Origin: Eledone cirrhosa
Taxonomy: Eukaryota
Direction of reading: 5' to 3'
Assembly: GCA_964016885.1 (NCBI GenBank)
Contig: OZ024748.1
Span: forward strand, 54,560,001-54,624,000
Length of the DNA stretch: 64,000 nt
Positions 39,368 to 52,000 of this stretch are shown here, in pieces. Within the stretch, counting starts at the first letter, position 1. Each line of letters opens with the position of its first letter. The position numbers and the translations under genes were made by a program. The notes beneath the pieces were generated by a model. It did not search any database. It saw only the letters and a program-made list of their open reading frames with translations, and was not told the DNA's origin.

Positions 39368-40053
39368 TTGAATTAGTATGGTATAGACAAGTACATATGT
39401 TGTTTAGGTGTATAATATTGTCAATACTCTGATATGCCCAGTTCCTTGTTGGGTTGTTAATTCACTGAGGAACTGGAGTCATATGAATTCAAACAAACGA
39501 ATTTCAGTGTCAAAGGTCCCCTTCTCCTCTCATTGGTCAGTTATTAGAACATTCCTCATTCTAAGTGTTGTTATTGTTGGAGTTAGCTTAAAAATTGATA
39601 AAATAGTAGAAGGGACAAGGTGTTAAAGGAACAAAATAACAAAAAAAAGTGTCAAACTTCCCATTGGTCAGTTCTGAAAGCATTCCTCAGTCAGAAGTCT
39701 ATAGAATTCTTTCTGGGGTGAGGCTCCCTGTAGTGTTTTTGCCTGCTATTGTTCAGTACATTTGACCTCCACCATTATTTTGGTACTGTTGTTGGTGTAG
39801 TGGTCAGCTTATATCTTGCTGCTGCTAACAATTTAGCAGTATGTATCCAGTTTGTGTTTTTTTCCTTCATCCCTCCCGCCACCATCGTGGTGGTGGTGGG
39901 GGGGTGGGGGGTTCTTCCATGTATATGAAGAAATATAAGGCAATAAATGAAGAAAACAGAAAATAAATAAATAATATAATAAAATAATTAATATAATTTG
40001 TGTAATTTGAAAATAAATAAATAAATAGAGAATAAAGAATAAAGAATAAATGC

Positions 40054-40353
40054 TTTAAGGACCGCTGGTACAACCATCGCCATTCATTCAAGAAGGAGGC
40101 CAAAAGGAAAAGCACAGCTCTCTCCGACCTGATCTGGAAGCTTAAGCTGGACAGGACCCCATACTCTCTGGCCTGGTACACAACCAGGAAAGTACCACCC
40201 GATAAAGGGGGATCTTGCATATGCAAACTATGCCTGAACGAGACCATCGAGATACTAAGAGGTGGAAGCGGCCTGATAAACCTCAGAACCGACTTCTTCG
40301 GGACATGCAGACACCTTAGAGCCGGGACCTTTCTCAAAATATATGGACAGTAG
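40054..40353 (+). pseudogene. C-terminal GIY-YIG endonuclease fragment of a PLE ORF (open, 5'-truncated)
   Basis: FKDRWYNHRHSFKKEAKRKSTALSDLIWKLKLDRTPYSLAWYTTRKVPPDKGGSCICKLCLNETIEILRGGSGLINLRTDFFGTCRHLRAGTFLKIYGQ*. Shows the R..NH..SF, STALS..IW.LK, C.LCL.E, N.R and CRH motifs. Confidence 0.85.
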
Positions 40354-41585
40354 CAATACAAGAAGATGTGAACTCCCCTCAAGCTATAGGGACTTCTACA
40401 GAACATGAAAACACCTCTCGGCCAGACCTCCATCAAGCTATACGGGCAATAACAACACCCTAGGTTGTGAACTCCCCTCAAGCCACAGGGAACAACCCAG
40501 GCGGAGCAGACACCATGATAGCCTAGAGATAGAATCGGACACAGCCATAATAATTTGGCCAACATCTATAACACAAACACTTTTAATTTACCAGATTTCT
40601 GACTTTCAAGTTCCAATCTTAAATCTTGATTTCTCTTTATTAATTTATTTGTTTTCTGCCCTCTTCACTGTATCACCTTATATTTATTTTAAGTTGAGAT
40701 AGATTATAACACAAACACATTGAGTTTGAATATCTCATATTAACATCTTGTCTCATACCAATCTATCCAACATATTCTGACCTTGAGATTGGTTATAGCA
40801 CACACACACACACTTTATCCTACATTATTTCTCATGCCTAAAGTAGAAACAATTATTTCTCACTTCTCCATATGCATTTTCATTACTTTTTCACCAATCT
40901 CTCATTTATTCTTTATTCTTTATTCTCTATTTATTTATTTATTTTCAAATTACACAAATTATATTAATTATTTTATTATATTATTTATTTATTTTCTGTT
41001 TTCTTCATTTATTGCCTTATATTTCTTCATATACATGGAAGAACCCCCCACCCCCCACCACCACCACGATGGTGGCGGGAGGGATGAAGGAAAAAAACAC
41101 AAACTGGATACATACTGCTAAATTGTTAGCAGCAGCAAGATATAAGCTGACCACTACACCAACAACAGTACCAAAATAATGGTGGAGGTCAAATGTACTG
41201 AACAATAGCAGGCAAAAACACTACAGGGAGCCTCACCCCAGAAAGAATTCTATAGACTTCTGACTGAGGAATGCTTTCAGAACTGACCAATGGGAAGTTT
41301 GACACTTTTTTTGTTATTTTGTTCCTTTAACACCTTGTCCCTTCTACTATTTTATCAATTTTTAAGCTAACTCCAACAATAACAACACTTAGAATGAGGA
41401 ATGTTCTAATAACTGACCAATGAGAGGAGAAGGGGACCTTTGACACTGAAATTCGTTTGTTTGAATTCATATGACTCCAGTTCCTCAGTGAATTAACAAC
41501 CCAACAAGGAACTGGGCATATCAGAGTATTGACAATATTATACACCTAAACAACATATGTACTTGTCTATACCATACTAATTCAA

Positions 41586-41640
41586 ACTGCATGAAGAGGT
41601 CACAGCCAAAGATGGCTGTCACTGAAATATATATAGCAGT
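41586..41640 (+). ncRNA. Hammerhead copy with C3-to-A core change (AUGAAGA)
   Basis: Identical to 39313-39367 except at the first core base. Confidence 0.75.
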
Positions 41641-41685
41641 AATAAACGAAGCTAAAATTTAATCATTTGACTTTTATTTAACTTT

Positions 41686-41796
<111 letters not shown>

Positions 41797-41935
41797 TTAT
41801 ATATATATATATATTTATTTATATATATATATTTATTTATATATATATATATATTTATTTATATTTATATATATATATATATTTATTTATATTTATATAT
41901 ATATATATATTTATTTATATTTATATATATATATA

Positions 41936-42022
<87 letters not shown>

Positions 42023-42023
<1 letters not shown>

Positions 42024-42240
42024 AAGGCGTGTGGGTGAGTGGTTAGAGAATTGGATACGCAATCGTGAGGTTGTGAGTTCGATTCCTGGACCGACCGTGA
42101 TGCGTTATGTCCTTGAGCAAGACACTTTATTTCACGTTGCTCCTTCTACCTGGAGTTGCGACCGATAGATAGTATTAGCAATTGGAAAGACCGACGGAAA
42201 CATTGTTTCCTCGGTCCGATTTGACGAAAGTCGATCGATC
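42023..42240 (+). mobile_element. SINE family B
   Basis: GAAGGCGTGTGGGTGAGTGGTTAG...GAGTTCGATTCC...GTCCTTGAGCAAGACACTTT. Confidence 0.8.
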
Positions 42241-42285
<45 letters not shown>

Positions 42286-42329
42286 ATGTGTGTGTGTGTG
42301 TGCCTAAATCAGAAACCAATATTATCATT

Positions 42330-42860
42330 GTAGATTGACAGAATCGGTAGGGCGTCGGACAAGATGCTTTGTAGTATACAGTTACAGCCCATTATGTTCT
42401 GAGTTCAAATCCCACTGAGGTTAGCTTTGCCTTTCATCCTTAGGGGGTCGATAAAATAAAGCACCAGTAATGCACTGGGGTCAATTTAATTGACTTTTCC
42501 TTCCCCATTAAATTGCTGGCCTAAAGTAGAAACAATTGTTAATATTGTTGTGGATTGGTAGAATCGGTAGAGCGTCTGTCACTATGCTTTGCAGCATGGA
42601 GCTATGCTCCTTTCATTCTGAGTTCAAATCACACTGAGGTTAGCTTTGACTTTCATACTTACTCGGTCAATAAAACAAAGCACCAGTAATGCACTGAGGT
42701 CGATTTAATCGACTTTCCCCCCCTCTCCCAAAATTGGTCGCCTTGTGCCTAAATCAAAAAGGGGGAGGTTAACTTTGCCTTTCATCCATACGGGGGTCGA
42801 TAAAATAAAGTACCAGTAATGTACTGGGTAATTGCTGGCCTTGTGCCTAAAGTAGAAATA
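42330..42860 (+). mobile_element. Three head-to-tail family A SINEs (42330-42535, 42548-42757, 42766-42860 partial)
   Basis: Each matches the family A consensus. Confidence 0.88.
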
Positions 42861-43191
42861 GTTATTATTTTTATTTTAAAACATTCTTTGGCACATGTTA
42901 AAAACATTGTTTGGTTGAAGTTCCACTCCACTTTGAAGTTGTATTACCAGTTGTCCGCCGTTAAATATGGCGAACCTTTCGCCAATATATGCTATGATGT
43001 TCGCAACTTTCCAATAGACAGGTGAATATATCTAAATATGTTGCTAGTCTGTCTGTGTGACTTTTCCTCCATACATCCAACTATTATATGGTCATGTGAA
43101 TCTAAACAAACATGCCAGGTTTTTATTAGATTTATCTCTCTCTCTCTCTCGCTGTTATTCCCCCATCTCTACCCCCACCTTTCTCTCTCTT

Positions 43192-43243
<52 letters not shown>

Positions 43244-43390
43244 ATATATATATATATATATATTTTCATATTTAGTTATATACCCGTACCATATGTATAT
43301 ATTTTCATATTTAGATATATACCCGTACCATATGTATATATATATTCATATTTAGATATATACCCGTACCATATATATATTCATATTTAG

Positions 43391-43475
<85 letters not shown>

Positions 43476-43796
43476 TCCTCTATCTGCCCGTCCCTCTATA
43501 TCTATCTCTTTCAATTGTCCCCCAGCTCTTGACAAGATAATTGTGAAATACACAAATTAAGATCCATTTAACACAATAGACAAAGCGTGTGAGCCATCCA
43601 CTTCATGATTCTTGTCTTAAATCTCACCAAACTATCAGCCCACTATCATATCATCCAACCGTTGCAATAACCAAACAACAACGGCCGAGCAAACAATGAT
43701 ATATACCCTGTTTGTTTGGCCAATCCTCCTTCAATATATATATATAATAGTAATAATAATTATTATAGATCAAAATCCGAAGAGGGCTCGATAGCG

Positions 43797-43829
<33 letters not shown>

Positions 43830-43833
<4 letters not shown>

Positions 43834-44028
43834 ATGTTTGACCCCGACGGCAGAGCTCAAGCCGTTTCGACGGCTATTTCTGGACTCAGAGTCCAGAAAT
43901 AGCTGTCGAAACGGCTTGAGCTCTGCCATCGGGGTCAAAAATTTTCCTATTACCCACTCTACTACTCTAAGTCTTGAGTACTCTAGTGCGTTATGGTCCA
44001 TCTGGTTCCTTACCACACCTCCTTGCGT
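43830..44028. mobile_element. TA-embedded hairpin element, complete copy, opposite orientation; 58-bp arms 43830-43887/43889-43946
   Basis: Reverse-complement homolog of 15947-16139 with a different hairpin centre. Confidence 0.85.
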
Positions 44029-44129
44029 TATATATATATATTTATATATAATAAAAAAAAAAGGATATATAAACCCGTAGAGCAAGTATTATAGTACAGA
44101 TGTTTTACTTAAATTTGATCTGTACTATA

Positions 44130-44251
<122 letters not shown>

Positions 44252-44442
44252 CTGTCAAACATTTCGTTGTTCTGGTCCTAGCGGCCCGCATTTCGGTCGC
44301 TGGCTTCAATTTGCATAGCTGTCTAAACGTAATGTTATAACTCTAAGGTAAAATTCCTTATTGAGTCCTTTTGGCTGTACTTTCCGACTGCATTCTTTAG
44401 CTTGCCCGCGACCAGAGCTTCGATTATGCTGTACTACCTTCT

Positions 44443-44499
<57 letters not shown>

Positions 44500-44503
<4 letters not shown>

Positions 44504-44780
44504 AAATAGTAGAAAGGAAAAAGATTCTTTCAGTAGAGAATGTTCAAAAGATTTTTTTCAGTGAGATATCAAAACATTAATTTATTTACAATACCGGTTT
44601 CAGCATTAAATGCATTGTCAATTGCGGATATGCAGAATATTGTTAGGTTGCATATTTGTACCAATAGTGAAAATAATAATAATAATGATGAAGGCAATGG
44701 AAATAAAAAGGAGAAGAAAAAAAAAAAATTTTCATATACATGTTCATTCAGAGAAGTCATTTCTCTGTCCGTCCTACTCT
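44500..44780 (-). mobile_element. PLE-like terminus with variant hammerhead (44588-44625); second copy 62423-62690
   Basis: Two colinear copies. Minus strand GCAA-UUGACAA-U-GCAU(UUA)AUGC-U-GAAACCGGUA-UUGU. Confidence 0.6.
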
Positions 44781-44789
44781 GCTTATAGC

Positions 44790-45860
44790 TACCACTACCA
44801 CCATCAACAACCACCTCTACCACCACCACCATCAACAACCACCTCTACCACCACCACCATCAACAACCCCCTCTTCCACCACTACCACCACCACCATCAA
44901 CTACCACTACCACCCTCCGCTATCAACAACCACCTCTACCACCACCACCATCAACAACCACCTCTACCACCACCACCATCAACAACCCCCTCTTCCACCA
45001 CTACCACCACCACCATCAACTACCACTACCACCCTCCGCCATCAACAACCACCTCTACCACCACCACCATCAACAACCACCTCTACCACCACCACCATCA
45101 ACAACCCCCTCTTCCACCACTACCACCACCACCATCAACTACCACTACCACCCCCGCCATCAACAACCACCTCTACCACCACCACCATCAACAACCACCT
45201 CTACCACCACCACCATCAACAACCCCCTCTTCCACCACTAACACCACCACCATCAACTACCACTACCACCCCCGCCATCAACAACCACCTCTACCACCAC
45301 CACCACCACCACCAACTACCACCACCACCACCATCAACTACCACCACCACCACCAATTACCCCCCCCCCATCAACAACCACCTCTACCACCATCAATTAC
45401 CATCACCACCGCCACCATCAACTATCACCTCTACCACAATAACAATCACCACCACTACAATCATCACAACAATAACAACCACAAGCACCACCTACATTAC
45501 TACCACAACTACCACTACTACCACAATAACAATCACCACCACCACCACTACCATCACCACATACACTACTACCACAATAACAACAACCACCACCACCACT
45601 GCCACTGCCACCACTACCACCAACACCACCACAGACACTACTACCACAATAACAACCACAACCACTATCACTACCACCACCACTACCACTGCCACCACTG
45701 CCACCACTACCACCAACACCACTATCACTACCACCACCACTACCACTGCCACCACTACCACCACACACACTACTACCACAATAACAACCACCACTACTAC
45801 CACCAACATCACCACTTAGACAACCACCTTCAACCCCAACTACGGCAGTACCATCACCAC
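44790..45860. repeat. CAC/ACC-rich minisatellite and low-complexity tract
   Basis: Units ACCACCATCAACAACCACCTCTACCACC within a ~120-bp higher-order period. Confidence 0.92.
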
Positions 45861-45923
45861 TAAGGATTTTTTGTTAAGGGTTTTGGCCCTCTGGCTACAT
45901 AAATCTGCTCTCTGTCTGTCTGT

Positions 45924-46001
<78 letters not shown>

Positions 46002-46166
46002 GGTAATGTTCTTACGAGTGGGGGAGAGGAAGAGAGAGAAATAATTATTAATGCCGGCTGGATATAGTTATCAATGCTAATAGCTTATAAAGACACAAAC
46101 ACACAGACACACACACATAGATATATATAAATATGTGCATATACAGATACATACAAATAAACATAC

Positions 46167-46218
<52 letters not shown>

Positions 46219-46279
46219 TTCACATACATAAACATACACATCCATAATGTTAATGGTGTTCTTAATGAGTTAGATAGAA

Positions 46280-47130
46280 AAAGATAGATAGATGGATGGA
46301 TAGAGAGTAGATATATAGAGTACATATAGAGAGAGTAGATATAGATAGATATATAGAGAGTAGATATATAGAGTACATATAGAGAGAGTAGATATAGATA
46401 GATATATAGAGAGTAGATATATAGAGTACGTATAGAGAGAGTAGATATAGATAGATATATAGAGAGTAGATATATAGGGTAGATATAGAGAGAGTAGATA
46501 TAGATAGATATATAGAGAGTAGATATATGGATAGATATATAGAGAGTAGATATAGATAGATATAGATAGATATATATAGAGTAGATATAGATAGATATAT
46601 AGAGAGTTGATATAGAAAGTAGATATAGATAGATATATAGAGTAGATATAGAGTATATATATAGATAGATATATATAGATAGATATATAGATAGATATAT
46701 ATAGATAGATATATAGAGTAGATACAGATAGATATATAGAGTAGATACATGATAGATATATAGAGAGTTGATATAGAAAGTAGATATAGATAGATATATA
46801 GAGTAGATATAGAGTATATATATAGATAGATATATATAGATAGATATATAGATAGATATATATAGATAGATATATAGAGTAGATACAGATAGATATATAG
46901 AGTAGATACATGATAGATATATAGAGAGTTGATATAGAAAGTAGATATAGATAGATATATAGAGTAGATATAGAGTATATATATAGATAGATATATATAG
47001 ATAGATATATAGATAGATATATATAGATAGATATATAGAGTAGATACAGATAGATATATAGAGTAGATATAGATAGATATAGAGAGAGTAGATATAGATA
47101 GATATATAGATAGATGTAGAGTAGATACAT
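46280..47130. repeat. GATA/TA-derived minisatellite
   Basis: Units GAGTAGATATAGATAGATATATAGA with larger duplicated blocks. Confidence 0.92.
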
Positions 47131-47149
47131 GGATGGTTGGATAACGACA

Positions 47150-47327
47150 ATTGTTTCTACTTTAGGCACAAGGCCAGTAATTACCCAGTGTATTACTGGT
47201 ACTTTATTCTATCGACCCCGTAAGGATGAAAGGCAAAGTTAACCTCGGCGGGATTTGAACTCAGACCGTAAAGGGACGTAACTATGCTAGAAAGCATGGC
47301 GTCCAACGCTCTACCTATACTGCCAAA
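47150..47327 (-). mobile_element. Family A SINE
   Basis: Consensus match. Confidence 0.9.
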
Positions 47328-47897
47328 TCGTCGGGGTTGGGTATTGTCAGCAATGCTAATATATCATAAAACAGAGACACACACCCTCTCTCTCACACAC
47401 CCTCTCTCTCTCTCTCACACACCTCTCTCTCTCTCTCTCACACACCTCTCTCTCTCTCTCTCACACACCTCTCTCTCTCTCACACACCCTCTCTCTCACA
47501 CACCCTCTCTCTCTCTCTCTCACACTCTCACTCTCTCACACACTCTCTCTCACACACTCTCACTCTCTCACACACTCTCACTCTCTCACATACACTCACT
47601 CTCTCATACACACTCTTTCTCATACACACTTTTTCAAACACACACACACACACACACACTCACACTCACTCACTTACCCTCACACATATCTGGATATATA
47701 CTTAAACACACTAACAGAAAGCGCATCACACACACAGTCTATCACACGCTTTCTCTCTATATGTCTTATGTTAGATGTTGTCAATTCTGATATCACACAC
47801 ACACAGTCACACATGCACACACACAGTCACACACAAAAGCCTGCCCATATATAAACACAGACAGGCCTATATATTCATGCATACACGCACAAGCTTA

Positions 47898-47933
<36 letters not shown>

Positions 47934-48029
47934 CATACACACGCGTGCACAGACAGACTTGCCCATATATAATATATAGGTATATATATACACACACATA
48001 CACACACACAAAAACTTGTTCATACGCAC

Positions 48030-48445
48030 ACACACTTGTCTACACACACACACACACACTTGCCTACACACGTACACACAAAGACTCGGCCATACACACA
48101 CACTTGCCTACACACACGTACACACAAAGACTGAGCCACACACACACACACACTTGCCCATATACACGTACACACAAAGACTGGGTCATACACACACTTA
48201 CCTACACACATGTACATACAAAGACTGGGCCACACACATACACACACACACTTGCCTACATACACGTACACACAAAGACTGGGCCACACACACACACACA
48301 CACACACTCTTGCCCACACACACGTACACACAAAGACTTGGTCATACACACACTTGCCTACACACACGTACATACAAAGACTAAGCCACACACATACACA
48401 CACACTTGCTTACACACACGTACACACAAAGACTGAGCCACACAA
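48030..48445. repeat. ~50-bp minisatellite CACACACTTGCCTACACACACGTACACACAAAGACTGRGCCAC
   Basis: About 7 units with variable CA length. Confidence 0.88.
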
Positions 48446-49022
48446 ATAGAGACAGCAAGATACTCTTCCATAGTAGAAATTCTTTCTCTCTATCTCTCAA
48501 TCGTACATTATCCCTCATTCCCTTCTCATTCAGGGTCCTTCATTCCTTTCTTCATATTTTCTCCTCCCTCAATTAGTTTTCTTGCACCCATTTTGTTACT
48601 AATTAAGTTAACACCATCAATCCTGCATCTGGTCTTTATATTTCTGAGTGGTCCGGAGAAAAGTCCCATGGGATCGAAACTGGAACGTTTGGTAATAGAA
48701 GGGAATTATCCTTGTTATTGCAAGTTATTTTAACAGGAGAAACAAAAAATAAAACAACAACAAATCCCCCCCCCCCACACACACACGCACACTAAAAAAA
48801 GGAAAAATCACAAAAAACACCAACAAATAAAACTCCCCCAAACGAGAAACAAGCCAACAAACAAAACAACAACAAAAACGATGCTGTCTGAATGTGAGAG
48901 GTCTAGCGATGTCGTTGCTGTCGACTAACAGCTCCACCTGGTTTCATTTTAGATCAACATTTATTATCGCATTGTTCCTTAGAATATATTAGGGAAAGAG
49001 GACAGTGATATGTCGGTAGTAT

Positions 49023-52000
49023 GGCGGTAGATTGGCAGTAAGGGGCGGTAGATTGGCAGTAAGGGGCGGTAGATTGGCAGTAAGGGGCGGTAGATTGGCA
49101 GTAAGGGGCGGTAGATTGGCAGTAAAGGGGCAGTAGATTGGCAGTAAGGGGCAGTAAAGGGCGGTAGATTGGCAGTAAAGGGGCAGTAGATTGGCAGTAA
49201 GGGGCGGTAGATTGGCAGTAAGGGGCGGTAGATTGGCAGTAAGGGGCGGTAGATTGGCAGTAAAGAGGCAGTAGATTGGCAGTAAGGGGCGGTAGATTGG
49301 CAGTAAGGGGCGGTAGATTGGCAGTAAAGGGCGGTAGATTGGCAGTAAAGGGGCAGTAGATTGGCAGTAAGGGGCGGTAGATTGGCAGTAAAGAGCGGTA
49401 GATTGGCAGTAAGGGGCGGTAGATTGGCAGTAAGGGGCGGTAGATTGGCAGTAAGGGGCAGTAGATTGGCAGTAAGGGGCGGTAGATTGGCAGTAAAGGG
49501 CGGTAGATTGGCAGTAGATTGGCAGTAAAGGGCGATAGATTGGCAGTAAGGGGCGGTAGATTGGCAGTAAGGGGCGATAGATTGGCAGTAAGGGGCGGTA
49601 GATTGGCAGTAAGGGGCGGTAGATTGGCAGTAAGGGGCGGTAGATTGGCAGTAAAGGGCGGTAGATTGGCAGTAAAGGGGCAGTAGATTGGCAGTAAGGG
49701 GCGGTAGATTGGCAGTAAAGAGCGGTGGATTGGCAGTAAGGGGCGGTAGATTGGCAGTAAAGGGGCAGTAGATTGGCAGTAAAGGGCGGTAGATTGGCAG
49801 TAAAGAGCGGTAGATTGGCAGTAGATTGGCAGTAAAGGGCGATAGATTGGCAGTAGATTGGCAGTAAAGGGCGGTAGATTGGCAGTAGATTGGCAGTAAA
49901 GGGCGATAGATTGGCAGTAAGAGGCGGTAGATTGGCAGTAAGGGGCGGTAGATTGGCAGTAAGGGGCGGTAGATTGGCAGTAAAGGGGCGGTAGATTGGC
50001 AGTAAAGGGTGGTAGATTGGCAGTAAAGGGCGGTAGATTGGCAGCAGATTGGCAGTAAAGGGCGGTAGATTGGCAGTAAGGGGCGGTAGATTGGCGGTAA
50101 AGGGGCGGTAGATTGGCAGTAAAGGGTGGTAGATTGGCAGTAAAGGGCGGTAGATTGGCAGCAGATTGGCAGTAAAGGGCGGTAGATTGGCAGTAAAGGG
50201 CGGTAGATTGGCAGTAAAGGGGCGGTAGATTGGCAGCAGATTGGCAGTAAAGGGCGGTAGATTGGCAGTAAAGGGCGGTAGATTGGCAGCAGATTGGCAG
50301 TAAAGGGCGGTAGATTGGCAGCAGATTGGCAGTAAAGGGCGGTAGATTGGCAGTAAGGGGCGGTAGATTGGCAGTAAAGGGTGGTAGATTGGCAGCAGAT
50401 TGGCAGTAAAGGGCGGTAGATTGGCAGTAAGGGGCGGTAGATTGGCAGTAAAGGGTGGTAGATTGGCAGCAGATTGGCAGTAAAGGGCGGTAGATTGGCA
50501 GCAGATTGGCAGTAAAGGGCGGTAGATTGGCAGTAAAGGGTGGTAGATTGGCAGTAAAGGGCGGTAGATTGGCAGCAGATTGGCAGTAAAGGGCGGTAGA
50601 TTGGCAGCAGATTGGCAGTAAAGGGCGGTAGATTGGCAGTAAGGGGCGGTAGATTGGCAGTAAGGGGCGGTAGATTGGCAGTAAAGGGCGGTAGATTGGC
50701 AGTAAGGGGCGGTAGATTGGCAGTAAAGGGCGGCAGTTTGGCAGTAAAGGGCGGTAGATTGGCAGTAAGGGGCGGTAGATTGGCAGTAAAGGGCGGTAGA
50801 TTGGCAGCAGATTGGCAGTAAAGGGCGGTAGATTGGCAGTAAGGGGCGGTAGATTGGCAGTAAAGGGTGGTAGATTGGCAGCAGATTGGCAGTAAAGGGC
50901 GGTAGATTGGCAGTAAGGGGCGGTAGATTGGCAGTAAAGGGTGGTAGATTGGCAGCAGATTGGCAGTAAAGGGCGGTAGATTGGCAGCAGATTGGCAGTA
51001 AAGGGCGGTAGATTGGCAGTAAAGGGTGGTAGATTGGCAGTAAAGGGCGGTAGATTGGCAGTAAGGGGCGGTAGATTGGCAGTAAAGGGTGGTAGATTGG
51101 CAGTAAAGGGCGGTAGATTGGCAGCAGATTGGCAGTAAAGGGCGGTAGATTGGCAGTAAGGGGCGGTAGATTGGCAGTAAAGGGTGGTAGATTGGCAGCA
51201 GATTGGCAGTAAAGGGCGGTAGATTGGCAGTAAGGGGCGGTAGATTGGCAGTAAAGGGTGGTAGATTGGCAGCAGATTGGCAGTAAAGGGCGGTAGATTG
51301 GCAGCAGATTGGCAGTAAAGGGCGGTAGATTGGCAGTAAAGGGTGGTAGATTGGCAGTAAAGGGCGGTAGATTGGCAGTAAGGGGCGGTAGATTGGCAGT
51401 AAGGGGCGGTAGATTGGCAGTAAAGGGTGGTAGATTGGCAGTAAAGGGCGGTAGATTGGCAGTAAGGGGCGGTAGATTGGCAGTAAAGGGTGGTAGATTG
51501 GCAGTAAAGGGCGGTAGATTGGCAGTAAGGGGCGGTAGATTGGCAGTAAGGGGCAGTAAAGGGCGGTAGATTGGCAGTAAGGGGCGGTAGATTGGCAGTA
51601 AGGGGCGGTAGATTGGCAGTAAGGGGCAGTAAAGGGCGGTAGATTGGCAGTAAGGGGCGGTAGATTGGCAGTAAAGGGTGGTAGATTGGCAGTAAAGGGC
51701 GGTAGATTGGCAGTAAGGGGCGGTAGATTGGCAGTAAGGGGCAGTAAAGGGCGGTAGATTGGCAGTAAGGGGCGGTAGATTGGCAGTAAGGGGCGGTAGA
51801 TTGGCAGTAAGGGGCAGTAAAGGGCGGTAGATTGGCAGTAAGGGGCGGTAGATTGGCAGTAAAGGGTGGTAGATTGGCAGTAAAGGGCGGTAGATTGGCA
51901 GTAAGGGGCGGTAGATTGGCAGTAAGGGGCAGTAAAGGGCGGTAGATTGGCAGTAAGGGGCGGTAGATTGGCAGTAAGGGGCGGTAGATTGGCAGTAAGG

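Noticed and set aside
39408-39626. Duplicated 72-aa ORF (also 41327-41545)
   Set aside because: Identical only because it lies in the inverted pseudo-LTR arms. It is antisense to the element and has no recognisable domain.
39867-40565. 232-aa minus-strand ORF
   Set aside because: Antisense shadow of the plus-strand GIY-YIG fragment, running across the inversion junction.
44610-45863. His/Pro/Thr-rich ORFs (extensin- or mucin-like)
   Set aside because: CAC-rich low-complexity repeat open in several frames, with no credible gene structure.
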